Below, piece by piece: positions 30,138 through 38,351 of a stretch of DNA of 64,000 bases. Under the pieces are notes generated by a model that was not told where the DNA came from, did not search any database, and saw only the letters and a program-made list of their open reading frames with translations. Where the stretch lies: the NCBI GenBank assembly GCA_963666055.2, contig CAXWPH010000015.1, positions 1,600,001 to 1,664,000 of the forward strand, read 5' to 3'. How positions within the stretch are numbered: the first letter of the stretch is position 1; each line of letters opens with the position of its first letter. A program made the translations under genes and the position numbers. This DNA comes from Acidobacteriota bacterium (GTDB lineage: Bacteria > Acidobacteriota > UBA890 > WLXD01).

Positions 30138-30720
30138 GCTACCCGAGCAGATTGGTGACTATCGCGTCGAGGCGCGGCTGGACAAAGCCGGGCACAGCGG
30201 AGTCTACAAAGCGGTCGGCTCGAGTGGGCAGGTGTTGGCAATCAAGCTGTACCCGACCGGGGAGCCCGATGTCCTGCGCGCTCGACGCCTGGAGATCCTG
30301 ACGGCCACGAGCGAGCTCGATCAAGAGAACGTCGCGCGCGTGCTCGACAGCGGCGAGCACGAGGGCCGCGTGTACGCGGTGATGGAATTCGTTCGGGGGT
30401 CGTCGCTCCGCAAGGTATTGGCACACCGCCGGCTCGATCCGCGCGACGTCATCGAGGTGTTGCGCGGCACCGCCAAAGCACTCGCCTACGCGTATGGCAA
30501 AGGCCTGCCGTGCGACGGCGTCGCCCCCGACCGCATTCTCGTCCACGGTGAAGGGCACGCTGTGGAAGGTCCCGCGCAAACACCTCGATGGTCGGCGATC
30601 GAGCCGGTGGCGCCAGTGGGCATGGATTCGGGCTCTACCGCCCGTTGTTGCTCCGGGTACCGCACCATCACGCGCACGTCGTCCCGGCCTCGCTGGATAC
30701 GCTGGGCCTCCTCGCCGTAG
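30130..30720 (+). pseudogene. Degenerate Hanks-type Ser/Thr kinase-like protein, truncated at about 30641
   Basis: IGDYRVEARL, VLAIK, ENVARVLDSG, VMEFVRGSSL, ALAYAY. Kinase-like sequence stops where the antisense strand of the RND gene begins. Confidence 0.7.
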
Positions 30721-32988
30721 AACGCTTGTCGCACTTGGCGGCCGAGGTCGGACAGGGTCAGACCGAGGATCTCGGCCTGCGGCTTGATGTCGAGCTTCAA
30801 CTCGCGCTTGCCTTCCAGGAACGTGTCGCTGATCCCGTAAACGCTGTCGTAGCCCTCGAGCCGGCCCTTGAGCATATCCGCAGCCGCGGTAAGCGCGTCG
30901 AGATCGAGGCCGGTGAACCGCACATTGATGTCGTCTCCGACCGAGAACAACGAGGCCGTGACGTTGACCCGCACGGCGTCAGGGATCGTCCCGGTAAGGT
31001 CTCGCCAGCGGTTCGCGACCCACTCGCTCGAGACCGTATCGCGGCTCTCAGCGGGGGTGAGCTCCACGGTCACCTCGGCAAGGTGGGCCGTCGAGCCGCC
31101 AATCTCGACGTCGCCGAACCCTGAGCGCTGGGCTGCCTGCATGGGCTGGGCGCCGATCGCCGCGAACGTATGCACGAAGACGTCGCTGCCGAACTCGTCG
31201 ATGATCTCCTGCCGCAGGCGCTCGGCGCTGTCTTCGATGTGTTGCACGGTCAACGAAGTGACCTCTACCGGCGTGCCCTGCGGCATCGTCAGCGACATGA
31301 TGACGAAGTCGGCTTCGATATCAGGCATGAAGATGAACCGCACGAAGCCTGCGCTGACCAGGCCCAGGGTAACGAGCAATGTCGCTACGCCGACCGCGAC
31401 GGTGAGATAGCGCCAGCGCAAGCCGATTTGCAGGGCCGGTTCGTAGACGCTGTCGATGAACCAGCGCAGTTCTGCGGTGATCTTGCGCTGGAGCCGGAAC
31501 CACACACCGCGCTGGTTAGCTGTGTGGCGCCGTCGATGCGACAGGTGCGCTGGCAGGATGAACAGGGATTCCACCAACGAGAACGCCAGGCACGAGATCA
31601 CAATGAGCGGCGCCGTGGACATGATCTTGCCGATCACGCCGGGCACGCCCAGCCAGAGGCGCGAACGCGGCCATGCTGGTGAGAATGGCGAATATCACTG
31701 GCTTCGATACCTCGCGGGTACCCTCGATCGCGGCGCGCAGCGGATCGTCGTGCCGTTGCTGGTGCGTGTAGATGTTCTCGCCTACCACGATGGCGTCGTC
31801 GACGACCATGCCGAGTACCAGGATGAAGGCGAATAGCGACATCAGGTTTACCGAGACATCCATCGCCGGCATCAACCAGATAGCGCCGAGGAAGCTGACC
31901 GGGATGCCCAAGCTCACCCAGAACGCCAGCCGCAAGCGCAGGAATAGAGCGAGAGATAGGAACACAAGCGCAAACCCCACGCGGCCGTTGCGGAGCAGCA
32001 TGTCGAGGCGATCTCGCAGCACCCGTGATTGATCCTGCCAGGTGGTTAGCGTGATGCCCTCCGGCACCCGGTGACGCGCTGTCTCGACGTAGCGGCTGAC
32101 CGCACGCGACACGTCGAGGGCGCGCTGCTGACCAGTTCGGTAGACCTTGACGAGCATCGCCGGCTTGCCGTCGAAACGTGAGATCTGGTCGGTGTCGGCG
32201 AAGCCGTCAACCACGGTGGCGACATCGCCTAGCTGCAGGTGGGTTCCATCCGGCCGCGTCAGTAACGCCAGCCTGTCGAACTGATCCCCTGTATAGGCCT
32301 GCCCCATGGTGCGTAGCAGGATCTCGCCGCCGGCGGTCTTGACCGAGCCCCCGGGCAGGTCGATCGACGAGCGTCGCACCGCGTTGGCGATGAAGTCGAA
32401 GGTGATGCCGTGCCGGCGCAGTGAATCTTCGGAGACCTCGATCGTCACCTCGTAGGGGCGCGCGTTGGCGATCTCCACCTGAGTGATCTCGGGTAACGCC
32501 GCGATCTCGTCGCGCACGCGTTCGGCCAGGTGCTTGAGGGAGAGCTCATCGGTGTCGCCGAAGATCGCCACGTCGACCACCTGCCGACGGTTCGTGAGCT
32601 CGCGAATAATCGGTTTCTCGGTTTCCTGTGGGAAGGTCTCGATAGCATCGACGCTGGTCTTGACGTCGTCGAGAACCTTACGCGCGTCGGCGTCGATCTC
32701 GAGCTCGATCATGACGGTGCCGATGCCCTCCGCGGCCGTGGAGGTGAGCTGCTTGATGCCGTCGATGCCCTGGACCGCCTCCTCGATGCGTACGTTGACT
32801 CCCTGCTCGACCTCTTCGGGCGCGGCCCCCAGATAGCGCACGGTTACCTGGATGAGGTCGAGCGCGAACTCCGGAAACACCTCCTGTGGAACCCTGCCGA
32901 CGGTCATCAGACCGGCGCCGAGAACGAACACCATGAGCAGGTTGGCAGCGACGCGGTTGCGCGCGAACCAGCCGATGGCGCCGTTCAT
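30641..32988 (-). pseudogene. AcrB/AcrD/AcrF RND efflux permease, frameshifted (31653) and 3'-truncated
   Basis: NRVAANLLM, LGMVVDDAIVVGENI, AILTSMAAFAP; continues in another frame as GVPGVIGK..FSLVESLFILPAH..GRDDVRVMVRYP, then stops without the second TM bundle. Confidence 0.85.
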
Positions 32989-34052
32989 CGGCCCAACTGG
33001 CCGGCGCCCGCCCGATCAACGCCCCGCGATTCGACCCGTACCACCATGCCGTCGGTCACCGCGTCCAACGCCGACAGCACGACCCGCTCGCCATCATGCA
33101 GCCCGGATCGCACCACGAGAGTGTCACGCGTGGCTCGCAGGATCTCGATTTCGCGGTAGCGCAAGCGCTGTTGCTCATCGACCACGAGCACGCGGCCGTC
33201 AACACGTACTGCGGCGCGCGGTAGCAGCACGACATCGCTGACCATTGCGCCTTCGATCTCGGCCCGTACGTACATGCCCACCGCGAGCGGCGGGCGCTGT
33301 CGATCAGCGCCGCGTCCGTACGGATTCCGCACCTGGGCAACGGCATGGACCATGCGGCTCGATGGGTCGATCTCGCCCTCCGTTCGCACCAGGCGTCCCT
33401 GCCACTCGTGTGTCTTACCGGCGAACTCGGCGCGCAACGTGACGCGCGGCCCAGCGCGCTGGGACTCCCCCCGATATACCAGCGGCAGCTCTGCCAGGAA
33501 GGCGAGCTCGCCGTCGGGCAGCGGTAGCCGGATCTCGGCGAAGTCGATAGCGTAGATGGATCCCACGGCTGCCCCGGCGGCAACGAACTGGCCCACGTCG
33601 ACTGTCTTTTCGCGCACGCGGCCGGCGTAAGGCGCACGCAGCTCGGTGCGTTCGAGGTTGCGCTCCGCTTGCCCCAGGTTGGCTTGGGCAGCCGCTAGCG
33701 CCGCGCGGGCGTTCTCGAGCTGCGGCACGTGGGCAGTCAATGCTGACGCCGGTCCCTCGCCCAGTTCTTGCCATTCGCGCACCGCGATCTCGGCCTCCGC
33801 CTGGGCTTGCGCTTGGCGCAGCCTGGAGGCCGCAACCTCGGCGCGAGTGCCAATGCGCGCTTGCTCGTAGTCGTGTGCATCGATGCGCAGCAGCGGCGCG
33901 TCGGCCTCGAAAAAGCCACCGGACACGAAATCAGGGGATACCCATTAGCACTCGCCCAGAGACCTCGGGCACAACGCGGCTCTCGGTCCGCGGGCGCACC
34001 GTACCCTGGCTCTCGACCACCATGCGGTGCTCCTGCCGACCTGGCGCCTCAT
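32985..34052 (-). pseudogene. RND periplasmic adaptor (MFP), with internal deletion and frameshift
   Basis: SQGTVRPRTESRVVPEVSGRV and LERTELRAPYAGRV..VDVGQFV lie in different frames (extra base at 33945-33946). The ATG at 34052 is out of frame with them and no N-terminal TM anchor is present. Confidence 0.8.
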
Positions 34053-35512
34053 CGCTGGCTCTCCGAATCGGTCTCGGTCGAGGTGGTTGTGGTCTCGGCA
34101 TAGGTGCGGTCGACGTGGAATCCGCCCCCCAATGCCAGATACAGATCAACACGGTTGTCGAGACGCTGGCGGCGCGCGGCGAGCAACGCGCTCTCGGCAT
34201 CGAAGGTGCGGCGTTGCGCCTCGAGCACGGTCACGTAACCCTCCAGGCCGTTTCGATAGCGCTCGTTGGCGAGACGCTCGGCGGCGCCCGATTGCTCCGC
34301 CGCAGCTTCTAGCTGGCCCACCTGGTCGGCTAGCAGCGTCTCCGCTGCCAACGCGGACTCAACCTCGGCGTAGGCGCGCAGCGCCGTTCCTACATAGACG
34401 GCGGTGGCCTCGTCGATGCCGGCCTGTGCCACATCGACTCCGGCGCGCAGCCGGCCGCCCTGGAGCAGTGGTGCCACGAGGTTTCCGACCAGGCTCCATA
34501 CCGAAAAATCACCCTTCACCAAGTCGCCCAGCTGGTTGCTCGATGTGCCACCGGACGCGGTCAGGCTCAGTCGCGGATAGAGGGCAGCGCGTGCTCCGAG
34601 GAGCCGCTGATCAGCTGCTACGAGTCGGCGCTCGGCGGCGGCCAGGTCGGGCCGACGTGCGACCAAATCCGCCGGCAGACCAGACGGCACTGCCGCGGGC
34701 GTGTCGATCAGCGTTGCCGGGAACTCGAACTCGCCGCCGGGATAGACGCCAAGCAGTACCTGGAGCTGGCGGCCGGCAGCGTCGAGTTGCCGGTGCCGAG
34801 CCAGCAGCGTGGCGCTAGCTCCTGCCGCCCGCGCCATCGCCAAGCGTAAATCAAGCGGCGGGCGAACGCCGCGCTCGAATCGCGCCCGTACCTGTTCGGA
34901 CGACCGTGTGAAGCTGCTTACGGTGCGCCTGGCAAGATCGACCTGCTGCTGGCCCTCGGCCACCGCAAACCACGCCTTGGAGGTCTGCGCGGCGATCGAC
35001 AGTAGAGCGCCAGCGTAATCGGCTTCGGTAGCCTGGTAAGTGGCGAGACCCTCCCGCGCCCGGGCGCCGAGACGGCCCCAGAGGTCGGCCTCCCACGATA
35101 GCTCGAGCGAGACGCCGTAGTTGGTCGATGTGGTGGTGAGAACGCGGTCGTCGTTGCCGGGAATCGGAAAGCCAACGAAGTTCTGCTTGCGGCGCGCACC
35201 CAGGGCGCTGGCACCGAGTTGCGGGCGCAGATCAGCGCCAGCGATTCGCGCGGTGGCCTCGGCGCCCGCCACACGTGCGGCCGCGGCCAGGACATCGGTG
35301 TTGTACTGAAGGGCTTGCTCCACCGCCGCGGCCAGGCCGTGTTCGCCAAAGTCCAACCACCAGCTGGCACTGACGGCGATGGGCTCGACAGGCGCGTCGC
35401 GGCCGAACGCCGGGGGCACCGCGAGACCCGTTGTTGGCTTGGTGGAGTTGGGGGTGGAGACGCAGCCGACAGCAGCCAGGAGGACGACCGCGGCGATGGC
35501 GAGTCGATTCAT
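34049..35512 (-). CDS. NodT/OprM-family outer membrane efflux lipoprotein
   Basis: Lipobox AVGC, WWLDF, SWEADLWGR, GLPADLVARRPDLAAAE, LYLALGGG. Confidence 0.93.
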   Translation of the reverse strand: MNRLAIAAVVLLAAVGCVSTPNSTKPTTGLAVPPAFGRDAPVEPIAVSASWWLDFGEHGLAAAVEQALQYNTDVLAAAARVAGAEATARIAGADLRPQLGASALGARRKQNFVGFPIPGNDDRVLTTTSTNYGVSLELSWEADLWGRLGARAREGLATYQATEADYAGALLSIAAQTSKAWFAVAEGQQQVDLARRTVSSFTRSSEQVRARFERGVRPPLDLRLAMARAAGASATLLARHRQLDAAGRQLQVLLGVYPGGEFEFPATLIDTPAAVPSGLPADLVARRPDLAAAERRLVAADQRLLGARAALYPRLSLTASGGTSSNQLGDLVKGDFSVWSLVGNLVAPLLQGGRLRAGVDVAQAGIDEATAVYVGTALRAYAEVESALAAETLLADQVGQLEAAAEQSGAAERLANERYRNGLEGYVTVLEAQRRTFDAESALLAARRQRLDNRVDLYLALGGGFHVDRTYAETTTTSTETDSESQR

Positions 35513-36204
35513 CGGGAGGGTGCCTGCGGCGTTGCCGCGCCGCTATCGAGCAGTTCGGAGACGAGCTCGAAATCTGCTGGAGCGCGCATTCCGGCAGTGG
35601 CGAACGCGACTAGCGAGTGGAGCACCTCGTCGCTCTGCGGCTCCGCCGTCGAGCACAGGCTGGGGATCTGCTGGCACCAGCAGAACGTGTGGGCCAATGA
35701 GCCGATGCAGTAGTGCATGCGTCGCGTGATCTCGTAGGAGCTCACCGTGGGCAAGGCACGCGCGAAGGCGTCGTGGAAGCGATCACGGACAGTCTCGAAC
35801 TGCTGCATGAAGAGCTCGTGGATCGAGTGGTTGGGGTCGGCATAGACGCGGCTGACTACACGCATGTAGCGCTCGCCGGCGTCGCCCGACTGGTGGCGCA
35901 TGTGGAACGGCGGCTCCAGCCAGGCCCAGAGGATCTGCTCCAGCTGTACCGGATGGTCGCTGCCCTCGGCCTCCAACTCTGAAAGCATCTGTAGCCGGCG
36001 GTCGTTCATAGGCTGGAATCGGCGCTCGAATACTGCTGCCAGCAACGAGTCCTTGCTGCCGAAGTGATAGTTGACGGAGGCTAGGTTGGCGTTGGCCAGT
36101 GCGGTGACGTCGCGTAACGATGTCGCCGTGATGCCCTTATCACCGAACAGTTGCTCGGCGGCGTCGAGTAGGCGGTCCTTGGTGGTGGTCGTGGTCGTGG
36201 TCAT
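35509..36204 (-). CDS. TetR/AcrR-family regulator, PsrA-like
   Basis: RLLDAAEQLF..TSLRDVT..NLASVNYHFGSKDSL; first gene of the efflux operon. Confidence 0.9.
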   Translation of the reverse strand: MTTTTTTTKDRLLDAAEQLFGDKGITATSLRDVTALANANLASVNYHFGSKDSLLAAVFERRFQPMNDRRLQMLSELEAEGSDHPVQLEQILWAWLEPPFHMRHQSGDAGERYMRVVSRVYADPNHSIHELFMQQFETVRDRFHDAFARALPTVSSYEITRRMHYCIGSLAHTFCWCQQIPSLCSTAEPQSDEVLHSLVAFATAGMRAPADFELVSELLDSGAATPQAPSR

Positions 36205-36211
36205 CGCGTCC

Positions 36212-36232
36212 GGGGGGGGGGGGGGGGGGGGG
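36212..36232 (+). repeat. G21 homopolymer (poly-C on the coding strand, 7 nt before the TetR ATG)
   Basis: Directly visible run of 21 G. Confidence 0.95.
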
Positions 36233-36293
36233 TAAGGGTCTGGCGTCCGGGCTGGTACTTGCCGGTGGTGTCACGATGGGAGAGCTGAGACCG

Positions 36294-36322
36294 TTCAAAC
36301 GTTCGTATGAATCATACGTATG
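36294..36322. promoter_or_regulatory. Probable TetR (PsrA-like) operator, overlapping palindromes
   Basis: TTCAAACG-TT-CGTATGAA inverted repeat overlapping CGTATGA-A-TCATACG and CATACGTATG, about 90 bp upstream of the TetR gene; resembles the CAAAC-Nx-GTTTG type PsrA box. Confidence 0.65.
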
Positions 36323-36566
36323 GTCGACTAGCCCGGCAAGTCGTCCGCACTTGCCAACGCCGGGGACGGCAGAGAAGTAGCGCGGTGCGCGTCGCAGCCG
36401 CTAGCGACGGTCCGACTCGCCCGCTGCGGCGGACGGAACGCGAGCAATCGTCGGCGCGAAATGAAACGTCGGCCGTCGAAGCTGCGTATAACTTGGCAGG
36501 GTCGAGTGCGTTTCGCGGCGGGCGACCCAGCCTGCCAGCGCACCGCGGCCCCCCACGGAGGATCCC

Positions 36567-37364
36567 ATGCTCGGTAGTCTGGCGCGGATTTTCGGCCTGG
36601 GGCGGTCCGCACGGACGCCGGAATTTACCGTATCTTCCGGCGCGGGCGACGGCGACTCGGCCGATGGACCGATGATTCGACTACGCGGAGTCGAGAGGGC
36701 ATTCGGCAGCGGTGCTTCGCGCACCGTCGCCCTGGAGGGCGTCGATTTGGAGATCGAGCGCGGTGAGTTTGTCGGCGTTGACGGACCGTCCGGCAGCGGC
36801 AAGACCACGCTACTTTCGATTCTCGGCCTCCTGGACACGCCAACTGCGGGCAGCTACCTGCTGAATGGGCGTGCCGTCGAGGACATGCCCGCCGCCCAGC
36901 GTGCGCGTACGCGCAACCGCGAGATCGGGTTCATCTTTCAAAGCTTCAACCTGATCGGCGACATGACCGTAGTCGAGAACGTCGACCTCCCGTTGAGCTA
37001 CTTGGGCTTACCCGGTGGTGAGCGGCGCGACCGGGTTCGGGAAGCCTTGGAGCGTGTCGGTATGGCGTCGAAGGCGGGCTCCTACCCGAGCCAGCTCTCA
37101 GGCGGGCATTAACAACGGGTCGCCGTTGCCCGGGCGGTGGTTGGTGAGCCGCAGATCCTGCTGGCCGACGAGCCCACCGGCAACCTCAACTCGGAAGAGG
37201 CCAGCGTGGTGATCCAGATGTTGGCCGAGTTGCATGATGCCGGATCGACGATCTGCCTGGTCACCCACGATCCCAGGTGGCGGGAGGTTACGCGGCGAAC
37301 CGTGCACCTTTTCGACGGTTGCGTTGTTGAGCCGGCGGCGGGGCCTGCAGCGCCGATTTCCTAG
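36567..37364 (+). pseudogene. LolD/MacB-type ABC ATP-binding protein with an in-frame TAA
   Basis: GPSGSGKTT, RNREIGFIFQSFNLI, LSGGH-TAA(37110)-QRVAVARA, then LLADEPTGNL and VTHD in the same frame. Confidence 0.85.
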
Positions 37365-37373
37365 CGGTTGGAG

Positions 37374-37862
37374 CTACGATCCCAGCCGCGCGCCTCGTGG
37401 CGCCTGGATCAAATCACCGTCGCGGAGGATCAAATCCGGCTCGTACACGTCGTGGCCCCAATCCTGCGGCGGTTTGGGGCCACGGGCGGCGTCGGAACCG
37501 AGCGACGCGAGCACGAAGTGCTTGCCGTCGGTGTGGTAGACCCATGCCGTCCCCCACGGATCGGTGAGGCTGAGTCCCCTCAGGCTCTTCTCGAGCTCGG
37601 CAATGGATTCGGCGTATCGCCCGGTGCGCAACAGGTATGCCGTGTTCGCCTTGCCGATCGTCGTCATGTCGGCAAGCGTCTTGCTCTGGTTGACGCGATC
37701 GCGAAGCTCCCCGGACAGCGGATTCGACAGGCTGAGGCCATCCTCACCCCCGTAGTACATGTTCGCCGACATGGTGATGCCGGCGCTCATGCCGAGGGTC
37801 ATCAGCATGCCGAGCAGCACGCTGTATGAGGTTGCGCCGCGGTGGTTGCTAAGGCAGGGCAT
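37374..37862 (-). CDS. Type II secretion GspG-like pseudopilin
   Basis: Hydrophobic N-terminal helix after RG; GRY, DPWG..WVY and LASLGSD motifs. Confidence 0.65.
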   Translation of the reverse strand: MPCLSNHRGATSYSVLLGMLMTLGMSAGITMSANMYYGGEDGLSLSNPLSGELRDRVNQSKTLADMTTIGKANTAYLLRTGRYAESIAELEKSLRGLSLTDPWGTAWVYHTDGKHFVLASLGSDAARGPKPPQDWGHDVYEPDLILRDGDLIQAPRGARLGS

Positions 37863-38351
37863 GGGATCGTTCCCTCCTGGCGTCAGGCCAAATCCGACCT
37901 TAGCAGCGTCGGAATGGAGGCCAAAGCCAATTGCGGCCGCGACGGTGTATCCACCGACGCCAACCCCCGTAGCGCCTGCCTGGGGAGCGCCCCAAGTGGG
38001 TCGCCACGGGATAGTGCAAGCTCGCTTGCCGTAACCGATGCCCCGGCGGCAGTTTCCGCAAGAGCTCGGAGAATATCGTACTAACGAGCAGCCTGAAGAA
38101 GATGGCCGCGGGGGTCGCGCAAGGCTCCACTGCGCGCCGGTGGTCACGTCACTGTCGTTGCGGCGCTTCCGCCTGCCCCGGAGTGGGTGGAGCTGGCAAC
38201 GGCGTGCGTAGTGGCGGCGTCGCCGCTGGGCTTCGCGACGGTGCTGGACGCTCGTTCGGGCGGTGGGCGCCGACGCTGACACGCGACGTCTCGGCAGTCT
38301 CGTTGCACGGCCGAATTGCAGTATGGACTCGATGCCGCGTATGGTGCTCGC

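Noticed and set aside
31640-33950. Programmed ribosomal frameshifting in the RND and MFP genes
   Set aside because: No slippery heptamer or stimulatory structure; single doubled bases fit error or decay.
37110-37112. Stop-codon recoding (Sec/Pyl) in the ABC ATPase
   Set aside because: The codon is TAA at a conserved Gln position, one change from CAA; not UGA or UAG.
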